The notes under the pieces: generated by a model
The model's database searches: none
The model's input: the letters and a program-made list of their open reading frames with translations, nothing else
What the model was told of the DNA's origin: nothing
Program-made: the position numbers and the translations under genes
DNA from: a virus
Strand: one strand, 5' to 3'
Virus record (IMG/VR): IMGVR_UViG_3300050821_004237
Coordinates: 4,872-68,871 of that record
DNA length: 64,000 nucleotides
Part shown: positions 1 through 8,296 of the stretch, one piece after another
Numbering within the stretch: position 1 is the first letter of the stretch
Layout of the letters: every line of letters begins with the position of its first letter

Positions 1-26
1 AGGCTTGGCAATGGGGCATAGACGCG

Positions 27-227
27 ATGAAGTGCCGATGCAAAGAACTTGAGACCGAATTGAAGCTGGCTAACGAGGAAATTAGTAATTGTCACGCATG
101 GTATAGCAAGCGCCAGGAACGCATCCGCGTTCTTGAAGAGACCTTGAAGCAGGAGCGCGCTGCGCCGTCTGGCCCACGTAACGGGCTTTCGCCACAGGCT
201 AATACAGAGGCTAGACATGGCAACTGA
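27..227 (+). CDS. hypothetical phage protein (coiled coil)
   Basis: 66 aa ORF in a chain of overlapping + strand ORFs. Confidence 0.55.
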   Translation: MKCRCKELETELKLANEEISNCHAWYSKRQERIRVLEETLKQERAAPSGPRNGLSPQANTEARHGN

Positions 228-447
228 TACCAAAAACGCATGGGATTGGGCTCACTACTCAAAAGCCAATTCAGGTCACTCGCGCGCATTCCTTGAGGCC
301 GTTGATTTGCTACGCGGTGCGCAGACTCACTTACTAGACGGCGACAACTCTCTGTGGCGCAAGCGGCTGGACGCATTTCTCAGGCAATGCGCTGGCTCCG
401 AAGAAATCGCCGCATCACAATCCGATGGAGGCGATGAGCATGGCTAA
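217..447 (+). CDS. hypothetical phage protein
   Basis: 76 aa; GAGG RBS; overlaps neighbours. Confidence 0.6.
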   Translation: MATDTKNAWDWAHYSKANSGHSRAFLEAVDLLRGAQTHLLDGDNSLWRKRLDAFLRQCAGSEEIAASQSDGGDEHG

Positions 448-835
448 GTGCCGGTACTGCGGATGGGAATACAACACGATCACCGCGCCGCGCTGCCGAG
501 ATTGCGATGGTCGCATCGATCAGATGCGCAATTGCATCGCATGTGGCGAGACGGGTTGCGAGCATACCTGCATGGCAAATCAGGCAATCAACACATTCCG
601 TGAGGGGATGCGCGCTGCCAATGCCAAGGACGAGATAGCGTGGCTCATTGAGATGGATGCTGCTGGGCATACGCTTTACTGGTCTGAACAGGGATTTTGC
701 TCAATCGCGAACCACGGCGAGAGATTTCCAACACGCGAGGAAGCCGAGGAAATCGCCCGCACCATGAAGACACCGACAAGAATCTGCGAGCATTTATGGA
801 CAGGCTCTCCTGCCAGCGGAGGCGCTGAGCCATGA
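440..835 (+). CDS. Cys-rich (Zn-finger-like) hypothetical protein
   Basis: GGAGG 8 nt before ATG 440; CxxC pairs CRYC, CRDC, CIAC. Confidence 0.65.
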   Translation: MAKCRYCGWEYNTITAPRCRDCDGRIDQMRNCIACGETGCEHTCMANQAINTFREGMRAANAKDEIAWLIEMDAAGHTLYWSEQGFCSIANHGERFPTREEAEEIARTMKTPTRICEHLWTGSPASGGAEP

Positions 836-1011
836 GACCGCCGAAGGGAACGCGAGCGCATTGCACGGATTGCGGCCGGACATGGGATGACCCTCGCGGA
901 CACACGCGAGCTTGCCGCGCTGGCGTCGGAGCCGAGCACATGGAGGGTTGCCGCTGCCCTGAATGCGATCCTGATTTCAACGATCCTAGAACCATCGCGG
1001 AGTCAGAATGA
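832..1011 (+). CDS. small Cys-rich protein (59 aa, not in ORF track)
   Basis: MRPPKGTRAHCTDCG...CRCPEC; ATGA overlaps at both ends; GGAGG RBS. Confidence 0.6.
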   Translation: MRPPKGTRAHCTDCGRTWDDPRGHTRACRAGVGAEHMEGCRCPECDPDFNDPRTIAESE

Positions 1012-1220
1012 CACTGGTACAGAGCCTTAGAGTAGCGGGAGGCCACTATGCAAAGCCGAACATCTACGATGATGCGGCTGACCGTATAAATGAACTTGAG
1101 GCGGCCGTATTACGATTCTGCGAGTTAGAAGCCGAGAACAAAAGGCTCCGCGAGCAATTGGCTACGGAGTTGGTATATGGCCCCGACAGGTCACAATCTG
1201 ATGCCGGAGCAGCCAAGTGA
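1008..1220 (+). CDS. hypothetical phage protein
   Basis: 70 aa; DAADRINELEA motif common in small phage early proteins; ATGA coupling. Confidence 0.65.
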   Translation: MTLVQSLRVAGGHYAKPNIYDDAADRINELEAAVLRFCELEAENKRLREQLATELVYGPDRSQSDAGAAK

Positions 1221-1540
1221 CAACCGAATACCAAGTTGCCTACGCCGAGGGGTACGAAGCAGGAGCGCAGGAACTCCACAAACGCGACGCTGCGCTTGCT
1301 CAATGTCGCAGTCTGTTAAAGCAGCAAGTCGAGGATGTGACGCCGCTGCGCGAACGTGTTGCCGTTCTTGAGGCGTCAATGAGACGGTACGGGCAACACA
1401 TGTCCGATTGCCACGGATTGCTATACCACGGCAGGCACCATCCGTACGGGGATTGTTCATGTGGTTTCAATCAAGCCGCTATCGATTGTGGATTACGCCA
1501 TGCCTCACAATCTCATGATGCCGCAGGAGATGTGAAATGA
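1217..1540 (+). CDS. hypothetical phage protein
   Basis: 107 aa; GTGA coupling; H-x3-C...CSCG putative metal site. Confidence 0.65.
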   Translation: MTTEYQVAYAEGYEAGAQELHKRDAALAQCRSLLKQQVEDVTPLRERVAVLEASMRRYGQHMSDCHGLLYHGRHHPYGDCSCGFNQAAIDCGLRHASQSHDAAGDVK

Positions 1541-2655
1541 CGCGCGGCCGAATTCCAACACTCGATGGGCTGCGAGCGGTGGCGATTCTAATGGTTATCA
1601 CTTCGCACGCTACCAAAGGACGTATCCAGGCACTCGGACGCACCGGTGTGCTGCTGTTCTTCGCCCTATCAGGCTACCTGATCACTACGCGGTTGATTGA
1701 TGAATACCGCAAGAGCGGCCACATTTCATTGAGTAACTTCTACCTGCGTCGTATATTTCGTATTATACCGCCAGCGTTAGTGTATTTGGCTGTTCTCGCC
1801 GTAGCAAGCGCGATTGGAATCGTTATATGCACCGACAAGCCGATACTAGCCGCGATGTTTTTCTATGTGAATTACATAGATCCAGCAGATCATCTAGGCT
1901 TTCGTGCCGGTCATTTCTGGTCACTCTCTGTGGAAGAGCATTTCTATCTTCTATGGCCACTCGCGCTGATCACGTTTGGCGTGGCCAAGGGATGGCGCAC
2001 TGCGCTGACATTAATATGTGGCGTAATCGTATGGCGCGCGCTCGATCACCATTTCAATATCCTGGCAGGAATATTCCACGCACCATGGCTGGTCTGGAAT
2101 CAGCACGGGACCGATGCGGTTGTTGATACGCTGCTGTGGGGATGTTCGCTCGCGTTTTTCTCATTCAAGTTAAGGCCGTGGATATCGGCTGGTATCACGG
2201 TTATAGGAGTAATTGCTCTGATTCTTTGCGTCATGGGATTGCCACCAGTGAATGCCAATATCGTACTGACCGCAGAAGACTTACTACCAGTGGTCATTTT
2301 AGGAGCTATCGTATCGTGTCCATCGAACTGGATAGGCAGATTCCTAGAACTCGCGCCCATGAGATTCATAGGCCACATCTCGTACAGCCTATACATCTGG
2401 CAGCAGATGTTTATTTGGGGGCCTGGGCGCACGCTACCTGTACCGCTCGGTATCGCCGCAGCCTTCGCATGCGCTTACTTTAGCTACCGATTTATTGAGC
2501 TACCAAATATTGAGTTTGGCCGAACAAATGCAAGGAAATATATGTGCGTGATTAAGGACGTCATTTGCATGACGCTGGCGGTGGTTATAATTCTCGGCAG
2601 ACATATTATGACGCCGATACTTGGGCCAATAGATAAGGGTAGGAACGAAGCATGA
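1537..2655 (+). CDS. acyltransferase-3 family (OafA/Oac-like) membrane O-acyltransferase
   Basis: LDGLRAVAILMV, FFALSGYLIT, FYLRRIFRI, HFWSLSVEEHFY, ISYSLYIWQ, SYRFIE motifs; many TM segments; AGGAG RBS. Confidence 0.92.
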   Translation: MTRGRIPTLDGLRAVAILMVITSHATKGRIQALGRTGVLLFFALSGYLITTRLIDEYRKSGHISLSNFYLRRIFRIIPPALVYLAVLAVASAIGIVICTDKPILAAMFFYVNYIDPADHLGFRAGHFWSLSVEEHFYLLWPLALITFGVAKGWRTALTLICGVIVWRALDHHFNILAGIFHAPWLVWNQHGTDAVVDTLLWGCSLAFFSFKLRPWISAGITVIGVIALILCVMGLPPVNANIVLTAEDLLPVVILGAIVSCPSNWIGRFLELAPMRFIGHISYSLYIWQQMFIWGPGRTLPVPLGIAAAFACAYFSYRFIELPNIEFGRTNARKYMCVIKDVICMTLAVVIILGRHIMTPILGPIDKGRNEA

Positions 2656-2822
2656 CCGACGATGAACGCGACGCGAGGCGCTACCGATGGCTACGCGATC
2701 ATGAAGACGGTTATACCGTAATCAACGGCGAACTTGCTCAGGGCGAGAGCCTGGATAATATTGTTGACGAGCAAATTTGGCGCTCAGGCTATCTGCGCTC
2801 CAACCTTCCCGATCGACGTTGA
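2652..2822 (+). CDS. small phage protein with DARRYRWLR motif (56 aa, not in ORF track)
   Basis: ATGA overlap; [16 protein letters not shown]. Confidence 0.6.
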   Translation: MTDDERDARRYRWLRDHEDGYTVINGELAQGESLDNIVDEQIWRSGYLRSNLPDRR

Positions 2823-4712
2823 GAATGCAAGAGTCAGAGCGCCGGTCGATGTCAACAGACCGGATGATTCAATGAGATTCAATCCATCGGTTTGAACTGA
2901 GGCGCCAACCGGGAGCCCTCCTCCTTGCACCGCGTTTGAATCGAATACATAAGGGCCGTCGGATCCCGGTTGCCCACACACTACGCCATTCGTTCCCTCT
3001 ACGCTGTTTCGATAGCACCACATCGTTCCGTAAGGAAAGGTCCCAATCGGGAAAGTGATACTGCCTCCGCCCATGAGAGTGCTATAGCAAACCTCGAAAT
3101 TATTGAACGACGGAACAATGGCCTGCAGTGGGCTGTACGCATACTGGACTGATGCAACAATGGTCGTGTTACCGCGCCAGCTAGAGTTGCTAACATCGCT
3201 CTTCGGCTGCCACGCTTCATCGATTACCAGGGTTGGCTGGATGATAGAACATCCTTGCACCAACGAATCACTCACCGTGTAGAAAGAACATCCGGCGAAA
3301 TTATTGCCAGCGTTTCCAGACTGTCTATTCGTCTCCGAGCAGTTATTTAGGAAAACATACTGCATGGCAGTACCTCCAGCGCCATCGATAAAGAACATCG
3401 TTGCGTTGCTGCCTGCCGAGACGCCGTATCCTGAATTTGACCATACGTCATTATCGAATGTCATGCGATTCGATGCGGTCGCCCAGAAGAATCTGAAGCT
3501 GCTAGATCCGGTTCCTGAATGAATATAAGAATTTGGATTAATACCCTGCACGAACAAATCGAAACCCTTGTTGTTTGCGGCAAATCCTGCAGCGCTTAAA
3601 TCAAATATGGGCGGCGTATCTCCAGGGAATCCGATCAATGCGCTAGGCTTAGTGGTCGTATTCAACTCGCATACGGACCAGAACGTGTTTAGATCCTGAT
3701 CGTTGTATTGCGGTACGGAATAAGTGCCAGATCGGAAATAACAGATCGCTCCCGCATTGGCGCTCTCCCCGTAAGTGGTACCGAACGCTTTCGTGAACGA
3801 TGCCCATGGTGCTGAAATAGTTCCTGTACCGCTCGAGTCGTTGCCATGCACCGAATCGACGAATATGAACTGAGCCGTGCTCGATGAGGTGCTGACGGTG
3901 AAGGTAATGGTTAGTGTATTTTTCTGCTGGTCGGTTACGAGGACACTCACAGTTGCGCCGCTCACTGCAGCGGTTGGCGTCCACACGAGGTATCCATAAC
4001 CGGCAGTCGCGGCTTGCGCGAAAGACCATCCTGGCTGCCATGCGCTCGCGCCTATGCTCATGCCAGGCGGTCCTGACAGAAGTTGATAGACATACGGGAA
4101 TGCGCCGAAGGAGACCCCTAACGGAATCTTGTACTCGACCGGATTCTTCCCATCAAAGTATGCCCAATGGTGCCGCGCGAAGGCTCCAGTCTCTGAGTCT
4201 GGACGCGGATACACCTGGATCATGGGCTGCTTAGCTGAGATCCAGTGACCATCAGGGAAGAATCCGGCCGCCGGCGTTCCGGTTGGGCCTGTGGGTGCGG
4301 TGGGCCCCGTTGGAGCAGTCGGGCCCGTCGGCCCAGTAGGCGCCGTAGGTCCAGTGGGCGCTGTCGGACCGGTCGGCGCGGTCGGTCCCGTCGGATCGCT
4401 CGGGCCAGTGGGTCCCGTTGGCCCAGAAGCTCCGGTAGGTCCAGTCGGGCCAGTGATCGAAGCACCCTGCGTGCCCACGCCTTTAGCGCCAGTTGGCCCC
4501 ATGGGCCCTGGGTTGCCTGGTACGCCCTGCTGACCTTGAGGTCCAGTTGGACCGACAGCGCCCGGAGCACCTGGCGCGCCGCTGCCGGTTGGACCGGTGG
4601 GTCCAGTACCGGATGGCCCTGTAGGGCCGGCAGGCGGGTCGGCCGATAGAGTCCCGGTGAATGGGACGGCGACGCCGTTGACTAGAAACGTGCCGGAGAC
4701 TGTGGTGGTCAT
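2784..4712 (-). CDS. collagen-stalked fibre/adhesin with Ig-like and probable beta-helix domains
   Basis: start ATG 4712 overlaps upstream TGA; GPT triplets; GPPGMSI...WTP Ig-like segment; [20 protein letters not shown] motif; paralog of 27768..29411. Confidence 0.75.
   Translation of the reverse strand: MTTTVSGTFLVNGVAVPFTGTLSADPPAGPTGPSGTGPTGPTGSGAPGAPGAVGPTGPQGQQGVPGNPGPMGPTGAKGVGTQGASITGPTGPTGASGPTGPTGPSDPTGPTAPTGPTAPTGPTAPTGPTGPTAPTGPTAPTGPTGTPAAGFFPDGHWISAKQPMIQVYPRPDSETGAFARHHWAYFDGKNPVEYKIPLGVSFGAFPYVYQLLSGPPGMSIGASAWQPGWSFAQAATAGYGYLVWTPTAAVSGATVSVLVTDQQKNTLTITFTVSTSSSTAQFIFVDSVHGNDSSGTGTISAPWASFTKAFGTTYGESANAGAICYFRSGTYSVPQYNDQDLNTFWSVCELNTTTKPSALIGFPGDTPPIFDLSAAGFAANNKGFDLFVQGINPNSYIHSGTGSSSFRFFWATASNRMTFDNDVWSNSGYGVSAGSNATMFFIDGAGGTAMQYVFLNNCSETNRQSGNAGNNFAGCSFYTVSDSLVQGCSIIQPTLVIDEAWQPKSDVSNSSWRGNTTIVASVQYAYSPLQAIVPSFNNFEVCYSTLMGGGSITFPIGTFPYGTMWCYRNSVEGTNGVVCGQPGSDGPYVFDSNAVQGGGLPVGASVQTDGLNLIESSGLLTSTGALTLAFSTSIGKVGAQIA
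4279..4628 (-). repeat. collagen-like (G-X-Y, mostly GPT/APT) coding repeat
   Basis: [12 protein letters not shown] runs in translation; boundaries approximate. Confidence 0.9.
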
Positions 4713-5275
4713 TGTAGATGCGCCTGTAAATTCTTCGCCAAGAATGGCCCCCAACTCGCCAGTTTTGAGGGCGTGAAAAAATCGCTGTGACCGCACACGA
4801 CCGGTAATCCGGTAGTGGCGCCGCAGTTGTAATTCGTGACTCGCTTATCGTTTCCGATATATCCGCCATGGCCCATGGCACCCCAGACCGGATCATCGAT
4901 GCCGAGTTCTGCACCTAATTTTGCTGCCTCGGTGATGTCATCGCCAGAATTGTAGTAAACATCGATCCAGGGGCAGCGACAAATGATGTCCTGCTGAAGC
5001 GCCGCGTTTATGAACACTGCGCCAGCTACTGGAGCGCCAGAATTGATCAATGAGTACGCGATCGCGCAGCCGTTCGAGTGGCCGATAATGATGTCGTCTT
5101 TGGCGATGTATGGGAGTAGCGTGCCGATGATCAATGGATTAACGATTCGGGTTTCTACCCCTAATATATAGCCGTAATCAGGATACTTCACAGCCAAAGG
5201 AATCAGGTAAGAAATCAGCCCTTCGACCGGGCTGACTCCTTCCGTGTGAATTCCGTGTATTACGTGTACCGTCAC
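4709..5275 (-). CDS. alpha/beta hydrolase (lipase/esterase-like)
   Basis: N-terminal IHGI, nucleophile elbow GHSNG, Asp (GDD) and C-terminal GHSDFF His. Confidence 0.75.
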   Translation of the reverse strand: MTVHVIHGIHTEGVSPVEGLISYLIPLAVKYPDYGYILGVETRIVNPLIIGTLLPYIAKDDIIIGHSNGCAIAYSLINSGAPVAGAVFINAALQQDIICRCPWIDVYYNSGDDITEAAKLGAELGIDDPVWGAMGHGGYIGNDKRVTNYNCGATTGLPVVCGHSDFFTPSKLASWGPFLAKNLQAHLQ

Positions 5276-5538
5276 TTCGGCGCGAGCGCCTGCAGCTTCG
5301 CGACCAGCGCACTCAATCTCGCTTGAACATCGGTATTAACGGTTCCAACTTCGGCAGTGGCCAGACCTGGAAGCAGCAGTTCAAGTTGCGATACCAAAAT
5401 TGCGAAAGCAGGCCCTGCGCGCAGCCCAATCTGAAGAGGATCTCCTGTGAGAACTGTATTGGCTGCGGCCTGCACCAATTGCACGGCCTGAATGAGCGTC
5501 GGCGCGGCGGCGACTAGAACGGGATTAGGCGTAGACAT
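5272..5538 (-). CDS. 88 aa helical protein from an internal in-frame start (MSTPNPVLV...)
   Basis: GAGGT RBS before ATG 5538, just after the stop of the nested ORF. Confidence 0.6.
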   Translation of the reverse strand: MSTPNPVLVAAAPTLIQAVQLVQAAANTVLTGDPLQIGLRAGPAFAILVSQLELLLPGLATAEVGTVNTDVQARLSALVAKLQALAPK

Positions 5539-6174
5539 AGATACCTCAGGGTGATTTATTTGGAATGAAATATGTACAGAGTGTGGTGATGAGACCGCCG
5601 ATGGCAATTCCAAGGGCGGGACTTGGGGCTTTCGAAAGATACTGGTCACACGCGAGAATAACGACTTGCCCGAGGAACTGCCCGATGGTGGCGCCGATGA
5701 CGACTTTTTGACCGGGGACCCAATTGGCTGGAGGGGACTCTGGATCTTGCACAAAACTCCTGGCACCGGTACATCGGCGACTATTTGAGTGACGTAGTTT
5801 CTGGTCTCCAGCGGCAGTGTAGCGAAAGTTCCTTGACTTTTCTGCCATTTACTTAAGTTTCCCGGCCCAAAATCGTAGGCAGCGAGTCCGAGTTGCCAAT
5901 CTCCGCCAAATCGCTTGGCGAGGGAGGCGAGATAGGCGGTAGCGGTTCCGATGTCTTTAACGGGATTACTACCTGCCCCACGGAAAAACTGAGGGAGCAG
6001 CTGGAAGAGTCCGATGGCCCCGGAAGCGGGATTTCTAGCGCTAGGGTTAAATCTTGACTCTTGATAGCACTGGCGAGACGAGAGTCCAGTTGGGATGCCA
6101 TTGTTAATCTCCGCGGCCGATATGACCGGTATCCATTTGGCGGCGTTTGGGCCATCGCGCCAGTTAGCGGGCAT
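5272..6174 (-). CDS. lytic transglycosylase (SLT) endolysin with long C-terminal extension
   Basis: QESRFNPSARNPASGAIGLFQL, LAAYDFGPGN, ETRNYV motifs; AGGA before ATG 6174. Confidence 0.88.
   Translation of the reverse strand: MPANWRDGPNAAKWIPVISAAEINNGIPTGLSSRQCYQESRFNPSARNPASGAIGLFQLLPQFFRGAGSNPVKDIGTATAYLASLAKRFGGDWQLGLAAYDFGPGNLSKWQKSQGTFATLPLETRNYVTQIVADVPVPGVLCKIQSPLQPIGSPVKKSSSAPPSGSSSGKSLFSRVTSIFRKPQVPPLELPSAVSSPHSVHISFQINHPEVSMSTPNPVLVAAAPTLIQAVQLVQAAANTVLTGDPLQIGLRAGPAFAILVSQLELLLPGLATAEVGTVNTDVQARLSALVAKLQALAPK
5546..5752 (-). CDS. nested 68 aa two-TM membrane protein (holin-like)
   Basis: AGGAG-4nt-GTG at 5752; two hydrophobic segments; lies in an alternative frame inside the endolysin ORF. 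Confidence 0.6.
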   Translation of the reverse strand: MQDPESPPANWVPGQKVVIGATIGQFLGQVVILACDQYLSKAPSPALGIAIGGLITTLCTYFIPNKSP

Positions 6175-6541
6175 GCCCATTCCTAAATAGCGCATCGACA
6201 CGCTCATGCACCGCTCTGATGTCAGAGCGTGTAGCCATGCCGTTATCGAGATTTTCTTTGTGCATCCGCAAGCGTTCTTCCTTCATATCCTGCATGAAGG
6301 CCATCAGTTCAATGCGTGTTACCAGACTAGGGATTTTCTCTTCCACATCATTCACCATACGAATCGTTGCGTAAATAGAACCAAGTGATTCGATCACCTT
6401 GTCGTGGCTGTCTACCTTCACCACATACTTGCGCTGAATCCATCCATAAATACCGATGAAAATTCCAGAGACGGCGAGCGCGAACCAACTTAAGATCTGT
6501 ATTGCCCATGGTGGTAGCGGGGTCGAGTTGTCGATTGCCAT
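6164..6541 (-). CDS. single-TM coiled-coil protein, holin/lysis-associated candidate
   Basis: TAATG overlap at 6541; N-terminal TM WAIQILSWFALAVSGIFIGIYGW; directly upstream of the endolysin. Confidence 0.6.
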   Translation of the reverse strand: MAIDNSTPLPPWAIQILSWFALAVSGIFIGIYGWIQRKYVVKVDSHDKVIESLGSIYATIRMVNDVEEKIPSLVTRIELMAFMQDMKEERLRMHKENLDNGMATRSDIRAVHERVDALFRNGHAR

Positions 6542-7041
6542 TACGTGCGCTGCAAAATGACCGCAATGGTTTGGCTTGCACCGAAGTGAAACCCACTCGC
6601 CCAGGTCCACACCGCCGAGCCTCCTGGCGTCCCGCCTGAGAATGAGGCCGAAGCGGCCGTAAAGAGCGCGGCGTTTAGACTAAGGGATGTCAAATACGAT
6701 GAGCCAATCGTGCCGGGATAGCCTCGGATGGTGAGATTCAAAGGAAATGGACTCGTTACGCTCGCTGCAATTTCCGTAACCGTTGAGCCATCGCCCAAAG
6801 TAGTCGGCGTGAGGCTGCCGAAGCCGCCTTGTATGTAGCCGTTAGATCCAGCCACGGGCGCACCGGCAGTTACCAACGTTAGGTAATCTGCCCCGGTGAA
6901 TACGAGACGACTCACGCTGCCGGAATCGACCACGAAAATTCTCTTCACAAGTCTCGAGACAGACCCAGAATCCACGATAAACATTCGCTTCGCTTGCCGC
7001 GTTGTGCCGCCGGAATCAACGATGAGGGTGCGCGCTGACAT
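6541..7041 (-). CDS. tail fibre-associated protein
   Basis: three N-terminal (I/V)VDSGxxxRxxKR repeats; follows the tail fibre gene. Confidence 0.6.
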   Translation of the reverse strand: MSARTLIVDSGGTTRQAKRMFIVDSGSVSRLVKRIFVVDSGSVSRLVFTGADYLTLVTAGAPVAGSNGYIQGGFGSLTPTTLGDGSTVTEIAASVTSPFPLNLTIRGYPGTIGSSYLTSLSLNAALFTAASASFSGGTPGGSAVWTWASGFHFGASQTIAVILQRT

Positions 7042-7707
7042 TTAGTAGTAGTAAAAAATATCGCCCGGTGAACCAGATGGCGTGCCACCCGGATCTGCTT
7101 GAATCGTGATGCCGGAAAGATTCCCAGCAAGCGGCAGATTTGCAGCCGGAACAGTGCCTGTATTTATATTTGATCCGTTTGCCGCGAAGGTCTCCGCATT
7201 GCTCTGCGCGGTCGCCGCCGCCGCACTAGCGAAGGACTCGGCAGAGGATAGGACTACCGCGTCGGCGGCGGTCGCGAAAGCTTCGGCATTCGCTTGCGCC
7301 TGAGCGGGCGCGGATGTATCGGCAAGCGTGACATTTGAGCCATCAGAATTGATAAGCGTGCGAAATCCCTGTAGCACGGCAACTGCGCCACCCCCCGATA
7401 CACCGATCGATATCGTGAATGCGCCGCTCGTGTTATTTGCTATCGTCCAAATGCCGCCGACGCCTAAGGGGACAACATATGTAAGGTTTCCCGATAGCGT
7501 GCCGGAGAACTCTATATTAGGAGGTGTGTACTGCGCGAGCGTGAAGGCATACGTGCCAGCGGACACACCCGTTACTACTATTCCGACGCTACCGCCAAAT
7601 GCCGTATCGATAATCCCCCAATCGGCGTTGACTGGCAGGTCCCAATCGTTCGTGAACGAGCCTCTATCCGGCTGCTCAATATTCTTGTTAGGCGTGAATG
7701 TTGGCAT
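7042..7707 (-). CDS. tail fibre (proximal) protein
   Basis: N-terminal T-P-N-K-x-I-E-Q-P...W...VN.DW..IDTAFGG pattern; C-terminal PSGSPGDIFYYY. Confidence 0.65.
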   Translation of the reverse strand: MPTFTPNKNIEQPDRGSFTNDWDLPVNADWGIIDTAFGGSVGIVVTGVSAGTYAFTLAQYTPPNIEFSGTLSGNLTYVVPLGVGGIWTIANNTSGAFTISIGVSGGGAVAVLQGFRTLINSDGSNVTLADTSAPAQAQANAEAFATAADAVVLSSAESFASAAAATAQSNAETFAANGSNINTGTVPAANLPLAGNLSGITIQADPGGTPSGSPGDIFYYY

Positions 7708-7722
7708 AAGTTAACTCAAAAA

Positions 7723-7751
7723 TTGACTTTTTCGAGAAGCGGCTTTAGCAT
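7723..7751 (+). promoter_or_regulatory. sigma70-type promoter
   Basis: TTGACT-17 bp-TAGCAT; ATG 7759 lies about at the expected TSS (leaderless or near-leaderless). Confidence 0.6.
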
Positions 7752-7758
7752 TGGAGGC

Positions 7759-8067
7759 ATGAACCAGTTAGAAACTAGACAGGCAGTCCAAGCGGGCGTC
7801 ACCGATTCGGTAGGCGCCTTCATCAAAGGCGCTTTCATCATGGTTTGCGTCTTCTCGTTTTTTAAAGCGCCTGGTCCGTGGCTACCTTGGCTCGCCGTCT
7901 TCGGAGTCATATATGGCGTGTTCGCGCTAGCAGACAGCAAAAATAAAGTTACATCATGGATCGGCGGCGCGCTTCTCTCGATCATAGGTTTCGTTTTCTT
8001 ATTGGCAATTCTAGCCGCCGCTATAGCCGCAGTGTATTTCGTGGTCGCCGTATTGTCTGGAAAATAG
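7759..8067 (+). CDS. moron-like small membrane protein (about 3 TM)
   Basis: very hydrophobic 102 aa; opposite strand to the late operon; own promoter. Confidence 0.65.
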   Translation: MNQLETRQAVQAGVTDSVGAFIKGAFIMVCVFSFFKAPGPWLPWLAVFGVIYGVFALADSKNKVTSWIGGALLSIIGFVFLLAILAAAIAAVYFVVAVLSGK

Positions 8068-8069
8068 TC

Positions 8070-8294
8070 ATGCACACCTTTTTCATTCTCATTCTGTCGT
8101 ACGGGTTTCATCCTATTATCGACGGTGACGGCGTGTGGGAAACAAAGATCGATTGTGTTACGGCCGGGCGAGTCAGGATTTCTGAAATTCACAATATACC
8201 GAGTGCAAAATGGAGTTGCCAAATGGCGCATATGGAAATCGACAGTGCCGGGAAAATTGTCGTTAAGCAAGTTGGCGCTCCTATACACGATTAA
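8070..8294 (+). CDS. small hypothetical protein with hydrophobic N-terminus and Cys pair
   Basis: ATG 2 nt after the previous stop; 74 aa. Confidence 0.5.
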   Translation: MHTFFILILSYGFHPIIDGDGVWETKIDCVTAGRVRISEIHNIPSAKWSCQMAHMEIDSAGKIVVKQVGAPIHD

Positions 8295-8296
8295 TT

